DNA from: Candidatus Latescibacterota bacterium
GTDB lineage: Bacteria > Latescibacterota > UBA2968
Reading direction: 5' to 3'
Assembly: GCA_965207885.1 (NCBI GenBank)
Contig: OZ242311.1
Span: 5,344,001 to 5,408,000, forward strand
DNA: 64,000 bases
The position numbers and the translations under genes were made by a program. Every line of letters starts with the position of its first letter. Positions within the stretch are counted from its first letter, which is position 1. The notes under the pieces are model-generated. The model saw only the letters and a program-made list of their open reading frames with translations, was not told where the DNA came from and ran no database searches. Positions 41,403-51,125 of this stretch are shown in pieces.

Positions 41403-42308
41403 ATGTCCACACACTTTGTATTTGTCACAGACAGCCATCACCACGCCGCTGCCGAAAAAGACTTCGGCGCGCCCAAAATGCTAACGCGCAGCCATGAAAT
41501 ACACCGTGCAATGGTACCCGCCATCAACGCCTGCAAAGCGGACTTCATCGTACACGGCGGCGACGTGGTCTGCGGCGGTGGGGCATTTGAAATGCCTTTT
41601 GATATCTACTTGCAAACCATAGACGAAGCCAAAAACGCGTTTGACGGCCTTCACGCGCCCACATACTACGTCCCGGGCAATCACGATTGCGATGCACAGG
41701 AAGGGAGTTTTGAGGCTTTTGCCCGACAATTTCCAATCCCCGAAACCCTGGACATCGTCGAAGCCGCGCCGCGCCTGCGCCTGGCGCTCGCCAACGTGTA
41801 TCCCATCAGCCCACTGGAAGACAGCTTGGGCACATGGACAGAAGCACACGACCGCATCTTGCGCGAAGCCGCTGCAAGAGCTCATGACGACCGCTGCGCC
41901 CTCATCCTGTTCATTCACCCCTGGGTCTTCCCCCAATACGAAGCACAGGCCGATTTCGTCCCGAGTGGCGTTGTCACCAACGCCGAGCAACTCATGGAAG
42001 CCGTAAAAGACCTGCCCGCTGTCATAGCCATCTTCACCGGACACAGACACATCAATCGCATCCGCATGTATCGCGACTTCCTCATCGTTGACACCGCCTG
42101 CCTGATTGGCTTCCCACTGGGATTCCGCGAAATCTGGCTCACGGAAGACGGCTATTTCAAAACGCGCTTCCGCACACTGGACCTGCCCGACCTGATGCAG
42201 GCTTCCTTTGACCGCTCACCCGTACAAACAAATCAAATGTGGCAAGGAGAAATCCACGACCGCGACACGGAAATTTTGATCCCGCGACTAAAAGCACTCT
42301 GGGAATAA
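41403..42308 (+). CDS. Calcineurin-like metallophosphoesterase
   Basis: TDSH, HGGD, PGNHD and FTGHRH motifs; GGAG RBS before ATG 41403. Confidence 0.88.
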   Translation: MSTHFVFVTDSHHHAAAEKDFGAPKMLTRSHEIHRAMVPAINACKADFIVHGGDVVCGGGAFEMPFDIYLQTIDEAKNAFDGLHAPTYYVPGNHDCDAQEGSFEAFARQFPIPETLDIVEAAPRLRLALANVYPISPLEDSLGTWTEAHDRILREAAARAHDDRCALILFIHPWVFPQYEAQADFVPSGVVTNAEQLMEAVKDLPAVIAIFTGHRHINRIRMYRDFLIVDTACLIGFPLGFREIWLTEDGYFKTRFRTLDLPDLMQASFDRSPVQTNQMWQGEIHDRDTEILIPRLKALWE

Positions 42309-42309
42309 A

Positions 42310-43095
42310 CTATCGCCCCTGAAAATCCGGCTTGCGCTTCTCCATAAATGCCGCGCGGCCCTCTTTGTAATCCTCACTCGCAAAACACGCATCGATAACC
42401 CGCTGGCACAAATCGAGATCGCGCCGATCTGCATCTTTGCCAATCTCTGCAATAATCTGCTTGGTCGCGCTAATCGTAAGCGGCGCATTACCCGCAATGG
42501 TCTCGGCATAATCATCCACATAAGCGTCTAACTCATCCCGCGATAAAACCCGATTAATCAGACCCATGTGATACGCCTCAGAAGCATTGAACCGACGCGC
42601 CGTAAACAAAATCTCGCACGCATTGGCAGGACCCACCAGACCCACAAGCGGTTTGAGCGCACCGTACCCATACCCCAGACCCAGCTTCGCAGCGGGAATG
42701 GCAAAAGACGAATCATCGGACGCAATCCGCAAATCGCAACACAGCGCAGTCGCAAGCCCACCACCAATACAATACCCTGCAATTTTGGCAATCGTGGGCT
42801 TGAGCACCTGCGCGAGCTTCTCATAAGCGCGTCCCATAGTCGCATTATACACCTCCACCGCATCTGCCGTCCCGCGTTGCGCTTCAAACTGCGAAATATC
42901 TGCCCCCGCAGAAAACGCCCTGCCGCCCTCGCCCGAAAGCACAATAACGCGAACCGCATCGTCCGATTCAAAATCGTCAATAGCCCGCGCCATACCCTGC
43001 CACATCTCATAAGAAATGGCATTGTGTTTCTCCGGCTGATTCAGGCGAATATGCCCAACACCGCCATCTTTCTGCACAATAATTTTATCTGTCAT
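42310..43095 (-). CDS. Enoyl-CoA hydratase/isomerase
   Basis: AFSAGADI, KPTIA.I.GYCIGGG and EGRAAFMEKRKPDF motifs. Confidence 0.93.
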   Translation of the reverse strand: MTDKIIVQKDGGVGHIRLNQPEKHNAISYEMWQGMARAIDDFESDDAVRVIVLSGEGGRAFSAGADISQFEAQRGTADAVEVYNATMGRAYEKLAQVLKPTIAKIAGYCIGGGLATALCCDLRIASDDSSFAIPAAKLGLGYGYGALKPLVGLVGPANACEILFTARRFNASEAYHMGLINRVLSRDELDAYVDDYAETIAGNAPLTISATKQIIAEIGKDADRRDLDLCQRVIDACFASEDYKEGRAAFMEKRKPDFQGR

Positions 43096-43119
43096 TGAAT
43101 AAATACCCCACAGAGAACA

Positions 43120-44307
43120 TCAAACGACATTCTCCTCTTTCATAGCCGCAATTTCACCTTCCGAAAACCCAAACTCACTCAAAATCTCATCCGTATGCTC
43201 ACCCCGTTCGGGCGACGCCCTGTAGGGCAGATCTGGCGCATTGCTCAAATTAGTCGCATTCCTCACCACATCGCAATCCCCCATAACGCTGTTATTCACC
43301 GAACGCGACATCTTCAAATGCATAACCTGCGGATCGGACCACATCTCATCCATGCGATAAATCGGCCCACACGGCACACCCGCGTCATTCAGCGCATCAA
43401 TCCAATGGGCACTATCTTGCCCTATAAAATACTTTTGCAAACTCTCATTCAGCGCATCCCGATTGGTCAACCGCACTCCGCCATTGGAAAACCTGGGATC
43501 CCTGAACAAATCCCCAGCACCCAGCACATCGCACAAACGCTGCCACATAAGCTCCCCGCTACAGGCAATATTGATATACCCGTCGCGGGTTTGAAACACA
43601 CCCGTCGGAATACTCGTGGGATGATTATTACCCGCCTGCTCGGGCACCTCATTTGCAATCAGCCACCGCGCCGCCTGAAAATCCAGCATCGCAATTTGTG
43701 CCTCCAGCAATGACGTATGCACCCACTGCCCCTCCCCTGTCTCCTCGCGCTGAAGCAAAGCAGTGAGAATACCAATAGCGGTGTACAAACCCGAAGCGAG
43801 ATCTGCAATCGGCACCCCGACGCGCACCGGACCCTGCCCCGGCAAACCCGTAATCCACATTAACCCCCCCATACCCTGTGCAATCTGATCAAAACCCGGC
43901 CGCAAACTATACGGACCATCCTGCCCAAACCCCGAAATACTCGCGTACACAATACCCGAATTCTCTCTCTTACACCTCTCATACCCAATATCGAGGCGAT
44001 CTTTAACATCCGGCCGAAAATTCTCCACAACCACATCCGCGCGCTTAACCATGCGGAAAAACGCCTCGCGACCCGCATCGGCTTTGAGATTCAAAGTCAT
44101 CCCGCGTTTGTTTCTGTGCAAATTTTGAAAATCCGGCCCGTGACGCGGTCCCCCCATAGTCTTTGCCTCGTCAATACTTTCAGGCGGTTCAATTTTAATA
44201 ATATTCGCCCCCCAATCCGCAAGCTGACGCACAGCAGTGGGACCCGCGCGCACACGGGTCAAATCGAGCACAGTAAAACGGGCGAGAGGTGCATGTCCAT
44301 TTTTCAT
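43120..44307 (-). CDS. CaiB/BaiF family III CoA-transferase
   Basis: VLDLTRVRAGP, NKRG.TLNLK, DVVVENFRP and ISGFGQDGPY motifs. Confidence 0.94.
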   Translation of the reverse strand: MKNGHAPLARFTVLDLTRVRAGPTAVRQLADWGANIIKIEPPESIDEAKTMGGPRHGPDFQNLHRNKRGMTLNLKADAGREAFFRMVKRADVVVENFRPDVKDRLDIGYERCKRENSGIVYASISGFGQDGPYSLRPGFDQIAQGMGGLMWITGLPGQGPVRVGVPIADLASGLYTAIGILTALLQREETGEGQWVHTSLLEAQIAMLDFQAARWLIANEVPEQAGNNHPTSIPTGVFQTRDGYINIACSGELMWQRLCDVLGAGDLFRDPRFSNGGVRLTNRDALNESLQKYFIGQDSAHWIDALNDAGVPCGPIYRMDEMWSDPQVMHLKMSRSVNNSVMGDCDVVRNATNLSNAPDLPYRASPERGEHTDEILSEFGFSEGEIAAMKEENVV

Positions 44308-44322
44308 AACACAAGTAACTCC

Positions 44323-45129
44323 TCAATAACTTACGCCCTGCACACCCGGCGGCATCTTAGGCGGCAGAGGTTGAACAATCTTACGTCGTTCGGGCGTCAA
44401 ACGCGCAATCAACTCGGGCGAAGGCTGATAGCCGTATCGGTCATTACCCCAGTGCGGACCATAGCGAATAATAGCAACGCGTCGTTCACCGGGACGCGTG
44501 CGCTCTGACGAACCGTGCGCCATACAATCCACAAAAAAAATCGCATCACCCGCATCGAGTTGAATTTGAACAGCCGCTTCAACGCGATCCAGCGAATGTC
44601 CACTACCCGTACCTTTGGGATCCTCAAACGCGGGATGAAGCAAATTGGACTTATGCGAACCGGGAATCGCCATCGTCGCCCCATCACCATCCCCAATATC
44701 GTTAAGCGCCATCAAAATATTGATCTGCCCGCAGCGAAACTGATTGTTGTGAAAGCGAAACTGCGTGCGGATACGCCGCTTGTGCGCGCCCGAATGAATG
44801 CGCGTCGCACCGCCCCGAGACCGAATATCGATAAATGACTCATCGATAAAAAGACCATCATCCCCACCGACAAAGCGCCTCATGTGATGAACCCACGATG
44901 GATGGTCAATCAAGCGTTCAAAAGGTTCACCCATCTCAAAAATATTGTGCAAATGTCGTGGCCCCCCGCTCCGATGAACCCACCCCCGCCATCCATCGGG
45001 TTCGAGATCGTCATACGTATCGATAATCTCATTGAGTTCGACGAGATGCTCGGCATCCACGGCATTTTTGAGCACAATATAGCCGCGCAAATCAAAAAGA
45101 TATTCTTCCATTTCAGTCGGTCGCATCAT
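44323..45129 (-). CDS. Phytanoyl-CoA dioxygenase (PhyH)-family protein
   Basis: YLFDLRGY, GAT..IPGSHK, AGDA.FF..C.AHG and RR motifs. Confidence 0.85.
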   Translation of the reverse strand: MMRPTEMEEYLFDLRGYIVLKNAVDAEHLVELNEIIDTYDDLEPDGWRGWVHRSGGPRHLHNIFEMGEPFERLIDHPSWVHHMRRFVGGDDGLFIDESFIDIRSRGGATRIHSGAHKRRIRTQFRFHNNQFRCGQINILMALNDIGDGDGATMAIPGSHKSNLLHPAFEDPKGTGSGHSLDRVEAAVQIQLDAGDAIFFVDCMAHGSSERTRPGERRVAIIRYGPHWGNDRYGYQPSPELIARLTPERRKIVQPLPPKMPPGVQGVSY

Positions 45130-45803
45130 TCTCCCCTAAGAATATTGCACAACTCCGATAAACTGCTAATCTCATAATCAGGCTCCGGAATATCGTCCCG
45201 CCGCACCGCCCCATCCCGGTTGAGCCATGCAATGGAAATACCAGCCCGTTTTGCACCAACAATATCATCCTCCTGAGAATCGCCAACATACAGAGTCTGA
45301 TCGGGATCGGCACCGAGAGCCTCAAAAGCAGCAAAGAAAATATCGGGATTCGGTTTATAACACCGCGCGGACTCCGAACTAATCACAACCGGAAAACTCA
45401 GATCATTAGCACGCAAAGCAGACATGAGATGCCCGTGATCCGCATTGGAAATCACACCGATTTTCACATCGGGCAAAGCATCAATAGTCGGTTTCACATC
45501 GCAGAACAAGGGCACACAGCCAAAAGCATCAAAAAGACCTGCCGTATAAGACTCGGGATTTGCCCGCACATTCAAATCGGCAAACGTCTTCTCCAGGCCA
45601 ATAATATGCGCATCCCAAAACGTGATAAAATCCCTCTCTTTCAACAGGGGAAAGAAATAGCGATCCCAGTGATCGAGAAACGCCTCCTTGCTCATATCGA
45701 TCTGCAAATCATCCACAATAATCTGACACGTCTCGTACAACGCATCAAAAGCTGTGTCAAAAAGCGTCCCATACCCATCAAAAAAAATCGTCCCGTACAT
45801 CAC
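45126..45803 (-). CDS. HAD-superfamily hydrolase
   Basis: FDGYGTL, ISNAD, KP.P.IF and YVGDSQEDDI.GA motifs. Confidence 0.9.
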   Translation of the reverse strand: MMYGTIFFDGYGTLFDTAFDALYETCQIIVDDLQIDMSKEAFLDHWDRYFFPLLKERDFITFWDAHIIGLEKTFADLNVRANPESYTAGLFDAFGCVPLFCDVKPTIDALPDVKIGVISNADHGHLMSALRANDLSFPVVISSESARCYKPNPDIFFAAFEALGADPDQTLYVGDSQEDDIVGAKRAGISIAWLNRDGAVRRDDIPEPDYEISSLSELCNILRGE

Positions 45804-46546
45804 CGATAATCCTCCGCATCCCCCTCGGGTTCAAAACCGAGCACATCGCGCGCATGCGTCATATCCCGATAGCTGTATTTATTATTCGAAACCACATAAA
45901 AAATGTCAAACTTGAGATCCTCGGACACCTCAATACACGACTCAACCATGCCAGCAATCGTACTTTGGCTGCACCACACAGAATAACCGCGCGTCCCATT
46001 GGGCCGATCCTCGGCATTCACCGCACCGATGCGGAGACAAATAACAGACAGATCCGTACTATCGGCATAATGCCGCGCCAAAGCCTCGCCCCAGACCTTT
46101 GTACAACCGTAAATCCCGCGCGGGCGCGTAGGCGTCTCGTGGGAAAATTTATCCCAACTCTCGGGCACCTCATCGTATCGCCCCGACACAATCGCACCAT
46201 ACGGCGAATCATTCTCCCAACCCGCTGTCACCGATCCACTACTCGCAAAAATAACGCGCGTGACCCCGGCGCGAAGTGCCGCTTCAAAAACATTATAAGT
46301 CCCCACGATATTGTGCGCGACAAACCCCTCAAAATCGCTTCTAATCGCAGCAGCCAGATGCACAACCGTATCAACCCCCTCAAACGCCGGACAAATCGCG
46401 TCAAAATCCGAAATATCAGCCCGCCGACAATCCACGCCAGCCACATCGCGGCGATTGAGCGCGCGAAGCTCATACTTGCCCTCAAGCTGCTCGCGAACAG
46501 CCCCGCCAATAAGCCCACTCATGCCTGTAATGAGAATTTTTTTCAT
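45800..46546 (-). CDS. NAD-dependent epimerase/dehydratase (uronate-dehydrogenase-like SDR)
   Basis: ITGMSGLIG, VVHLAA, FASS and YGCTK motifs. Confidence 0.88.
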   Translation of the reverse strand: MKKILITGMSGLIGGAVREQLEGKYELRALNRRDVAGVDCRRADISDFDAICPAFEGVDTVVHLAAAIRSDFEGFVAHNIVGTYNVFEAALRAGVTRVIFASSGSVTAGWENDSPYGAIVSGRYDEVPESWDKFSHETPTRPRGIYGCTKVWGEALARHYADSTDLSVICLRIGAVNAEDRPNGTRGYSVWCSQSTIAGMVESCIEVSEDLKFDIFYVVSNNKYSYRDMTHARDVLGFEPEGDAEDYR

Positions 46547-46953
46547 ATGTTGTCTCCCTGAACGTTTCACCTCTCTGTAAAATCACATCTACCATCAATG
46601 AGAATACATTGAGAATCGGAAATTATCAAGACCGATTTTGCTTGTGGTTCTCTCTTCTTATACCCGAAGACAAATCTTCTGGATATAAATTAAAATATCA
46701 GACAAGTCACTTTGAGCGTAAAACCGGTTTGCAGACACCACCCGAAATTATCCATATATAGTTTTTTTCGCTATATACGGAATCTTATCCATAAATATTT
46801 GTTAAAAAACAACATACGAGCCAGCCTGATTATTTTTGGCCATATATAGTCAAAAATATACAAAACTCAGGTTGGCTTTTTTTTCGTTTCAAAAAAATAT
46901 ATCTCGATGGAAAATAACGCCTTATGAACAAAATGATCTATAGAAATTCATAT

Positions 46954-46968
46954 TGGCACGATTATTGC
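46954..46968 (+). promoter_or_regulatory. sigma54 (-24/-12) promoter
   Basis: TGGCACGATTATTGC matches the TGGCACG-N4-TTGC consensus, ~140 bp upstream of the adhesin ORF and behind a long AT-rich intergenic region. Confidence 0.85.
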
Positions 46969-47109
46969 CTCCTGTGAAGGGTAAATCTTTTTCATCCACC
47001 AATAGTGTGAACAGTTTTGCGCGGTCCCGTGCCCCATAGTTCCTGAGGATTTGACCGGGTCAATTGAACGCCAGGATTTTCACAACTATCTATAGGGAAA
47101 GGAACCCCC

Positions 47110-49718
47110 ATGAGAGCATTATCACATTCTTCTCGACAAGCTAACCTTCTGCAAACTTTTGTCTGGAATGCCGAACACGGCGGCTATCGCGGGCGATGCA
47201 AACGCCTCCCTCGCTTTGTAAAATCAGTCGCCCACCGGACCACATCGCTCCTGATCGCCTTCGGGGCGTTCGTGCTGGCGCTGACTCTTCCCGCCTACGC
47301 CCTGTACACTGAGGGGCGGACGTTGGTGAACAACACCGGCCAGACATCGACTTCCTCCCCGAGCCTGCTGAAAGACTATACCCACGCACAGGGATTCACG
47401 ACGGGGTCGCACAAGTTCTGGTTGACCGGCATCGAGGTGGAATTCGAAACCGGCGGCACGCATCCCAATCAAATGGATCAGGTGCTTGCCACCGTGAATA
47501 AAGCCACTGAGTCGGCGACGTCGTAGCGGGTTTGACGGCGACGCAGGCATCCGCTGGCGTGACGCTCCTGAAGACGTCGTGGGCAAGTGAAATTACTATC
47601 CTGGAAGCGAACACCGACTACGTCGTCGTCCTGTGGGCCGGTCTCAGCTATTCCACGGCCAGTGTGAAGCTCACCGATAGCGACGCCGAGGACTCGGGCG
47701 GAGAGTCGGGCTGGAGCATTGCGAACCACGGATACCACAAGGAGCGGGGCTCGCGTGAGGCGTGGACGACATCCACGAGCGCCAAAAAGATCCGGGTGCT
47801 CGGTGAGCGATTCCTCACCGTGTCCGATGCGGAGGCGACCGAGGGTACGCACTCTGAGATACACTTCTTTGTGACATTGAGTAAGCCACCGGGGTCCGGA
47901 GAAGAAGTTAATGTGAATTACTACACCGTCGAAGGCACTGCGAAGGACGGCGACGACTATGTGTACAAGAGAGGGTCGCTGAGGTTCACATCCGGTCAGA
48001 CTCAGAAGACGGTCAGCGTAACCATCATCGACGACGACATCGAGGACGACGGGGAGACGTTCCAGCTGTTCCTGACAGGCGGGCCGCTTCCCACCTCCAA
48101 ACACGGGACCGGGACGATCAAAAACAACGAGGGCAGGGCACCGACTGTGTCGGTGGCCGACGCGCAAGCCACCGAGGGCCCCGGAGCGACGATGGACTTC
48201 GCGGTGAAGCTCGACCGGGCACTGGAAGATACGGTGACGGTCGATTATGCGACCGCCGACGGCACGGCGACCGCGGGTGCCGACTACACGACGACGAGCG
48301 GCACGCTGACATTCGCGCCGGGCGATCAGCGCAAGACGATTTCGGTACCGATCGCGCAAGACGCGGTGGAGGACGACGGGGAGACGCTGACGTTGACCCT
48401 GAGCAACATTTCCGGGGCGAAACTCGCCGACGCGCAGGCGACCGGGACGATCCACAACAATGCGCCGCCGACCGGCGCGCCCACCATCAGTGGCACGCCG
48501 CAGGTCGGTGAGATACTGACGGCGTTGGTCGATGATATTTCGGACGGGGACGGCATGGACAATCCGGCCTTCGCCTACTCGTGGTTCAGAAAGATCGACG
48601 GCGGCACGTACATGCTGAGTTGCTGTGGGGCATCCACCTACACGCCAAAGGCGAGGGACGAAGGGCATGCCATCTACGTCACAGTGTCATACACCGACGG
48701 CGCGGGCAACCGGGAGGCGGTCACCAGCGAGCCGACGGCGCCGGTACAGGCAGAAGGCTCAACCAACACCCCGGCGACTCAACAGGACGGTGTACAGAAC
48801 AACGAAGAGGCGGTGGAAACCACTCCCAACACCCCTGCCACAGGCGCACCAACCATCAGCGGCACGATACAAGTGGGACAGACGCTGACCGCATCGGTCG
48901 CGGACATCCAGGACGAGGATGGGCTGGACAACGTCACATTCAGTTACCAGTGGATTGCCGACGATGAGGATATATCCGGCGCAACAGACGCGACCTACAC
49001 CCTGACGGATAATGATGCAGGCAAGACCATCAAGGTAAGAGTCACATTCACCGACGACAGGAATAACCAGGAAACGCTCACCAGCGCGGCCACAGTCGCG
49101 GTTCCGGCTCAGCTAACGGCGAGCTTTGTAGATATGCCCGCGTCGCACGATGGCCCGTCAACTATCTTCACCTTCCAACTCCTCTTCAGCGAGGACCCCG
49201 CGGTGAGCTTCCGGACGCTCAGGGATACGTCCTTCGCCGTAACTGGCGGGACAGTGAAGCGTGCCCGACGTGTGAACGGACGCAACGACCTGCGTGAGAT
49301 CCACATCGAGCCTGCTGGAACCGATGCGGTGAAGATAACCCTGGCAGGCGGGCGAGCCTGTGGCACCACAGGCGCCATCTGCACGTCGGACGGACGACCG
49401 CTCTCAAACACGCTGAAAGCAACAGTAGCTGGTCCTGCGCTGAACTTCGGTCTGGATGTGAATTATCCCAATCCGTTTAATCCCGAGACACAGATCCCCT
49501 ATACCTTATCTGAGACAGGTCCGGTAGAATTGGCGATCTACAATATCATGGGGCAGCGTGTCCGGATTCTCGTGCAGAGTGTACAGGCTGCAGGTCGTTA
49601 CCAGGTCGTGTGGGATGGTCGCAACGACAATGGTGTGCCGGTTGCCAGTGGGATATATCTGTCTCGGCTGTCCAGTGTGCAGGGGGTGCAGGTGCGTCGG
49701 CTATTGTTGCTGAAATAG
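47110..49718 (+). pseudogene. Secreted Calx-beta/Ig-repeat adhesin with a C-terminal FlgD-Ig sorting domain, frameshifted near 47505-47525
   Basis: ORF 47110-47526 has a signal-like helix (LLIAFGAFVLALTLPAYA) and LVNNTGQ..AQGFTTG. ORF 47532-49718 has two Calx-beta units (VDYATADGTATAGADY), two TGAPTISG..QVG..LTA Ig units and NYPNPFNPET...IYNIMGQRVR...ASGIY. Confidence 0.8.
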
Positions 49719-49776
49719 TATAAGTCGCTGCTTTGCAAGCCGATATTGCGCTTGTAACCGGGATGCGACAACACAA

Positions 49777-49807
49777 AGGGCTGTTCAGTATCTCATTGGA
49801 CAGCCCT
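49777..49807 (+). terminator. Putative intrinsic terminator after the adhesin
   Basis: AGGGCTGTTCA...TGGACAGCCCT hairpin. Confidence 0.6.
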
Positions 49808-49847
49808 CGTTTGAATATACCTCATCACAATTTTTTTATTTTCAAAC

Positions 49848-51045
49848 CATAGTACACGACAAAAAATAAAAGACCTGTGAAAAAAGCTAAAAAGAGTTAG
49901 GTTTGAATGTCCCAAGACAAACCTTTCTCATCTTAACAAGGCACAGGTCTATGTCTCCTGAAACTATTGAACTTCAAACGATTATGCAAGGATATTTTCA
50001 CTGGCATAAAGCCCGAATAACGTTTACCGCTGCGTTCATATTGTCGCTGATAAAATTGCGTAGCGTCAATTTTATGAAACTGGCAAACGCACTCAATGGA
50101 ACCGTCAAGCAGAAATCTAATTATCGTCGTATCCAACGCTTCTTTGCCCACTTTGCCTTACCCTATGCGTGTGTGAGACAATTGATCTTGCACTTATTAC
50201 CTATAAAGTCGGATTTTATAGTCTCAATAGATCGCACCAATTGGAAGTTGGGAAAATTCAATATCAACATCCTAACCGCAGGCATTATCTATGAAGGGGT
50301 CGCCTTTCCTATCTGTTGGCACTTGTTAAAAAAACGGGGCAATTCCAATAGTGATGAGCGTATCCATTTGATGCAAGAAATGCTCAACTGCATCTGCAAA
50401 TCGCATATCCGCGTTGTCGTCGCAGACAGAGAATTTATTGGAAGAGAATGGTTTAGGTGGTTAGACACACAAAATATACCCTTTGTTATTCGCATCAAGG
50501 AAAACGCTCTTGTCTCATCAGGCGGTAGAGAGATCCCCATAAGAAAACGGTTTGAAAATCTTAATATCCATCAGCAGGTCAACTTGTGCAAACGCCACCG
50601 CGTTTATGACCTGCCTGTATATCTGTCTGCACTAAGATTGAAGGACCAATACCTCATTCTTGCCAGCAACCAAAAAGGTCAAGCCGCATTGGATACCTAT
50701 AAAAAACGATGGGGCATTGAAGTCCTTTTTGCCAATCTTAAAAGTCGAGGATTTAATCTGGAAGAGACCCATCTTATACATCAAGACCGCATTGAGAAAC
50801 TCATCGCGCTTTTGGCCATTGCCTGCATCTGGGCGCATATCATCGGCGAATGGATAGCAAAAACAAATCCTTTGACGATCAAAAATCACGGGCGGATGGA
50901 GAAAAGTCTCTTCCGATATGGGTTGGACTATTTGCAGTATGTCCTGCTCAATATAAACCAACAAACCCAACAGTTCCTCATATGCATTCGTTTACTGAGT
51001 AATCCGCCACTGTTTAAAACAATTTAAGTTTTGTCGTGTACCATG
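49848..51045 (+). mobile_element. IS4-family insertion sequence, copy 2 (1198 bp)
   Basis: Same IRs and identical translated ORFs as copy 1; imperfect flanking duplication TTTCAAAC / GTTCAAAC. Confidence 0.95.
49951..51027 (+). CDS. IS4-family DDE transposase
   Basis: Protein identical to that of copy 1. Confidence 0.93.
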   Translation: MSPETIELQTIMQGYFHWHKARITFTAAFILSLIKLRSVNFMKLANALNGTVKQKSNYRRIQRFFAHFALPYACVRQLILHLLPIKSDFIVSIDRTNWKLGKFNINILTAGIIYEGVAFPICWHLLKKRGNSNSDERIHLMQEMLNCICKSHIRVVVADREFIGREWFRWLDTQNIPFVIRIKENALVSSGGREIPIRKRFENLNIHQQVNLCKRHRVYDLPVYLSALRLKDQYLILASNQKGQAALDTYKKRWGIEVLFANLKSRGFNLEETHLIHQDRIEKLIALLAIACIWAHIIGEWIAKTNPLTIKNHGRMEKSLFRYGLDYLQYVLLNINQQTQQFLICIRLLSNPPLFKTI

Positions 51046-51125
51046 GTTCAAACATAAAAATGCAACCGTAGTATTTTTCAAATGTTAAATTTATAAATTT
51101 GTTTTTTCCCTAAGGTTCCTTTTCT

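Noticed and set aside
11379-51045. Composite transposon formed by the two IS4 copies
   Set aside because: Each copy has its own flanking duplication, indicating independent insertions, and the interval contains ordinary chromosomal genes.
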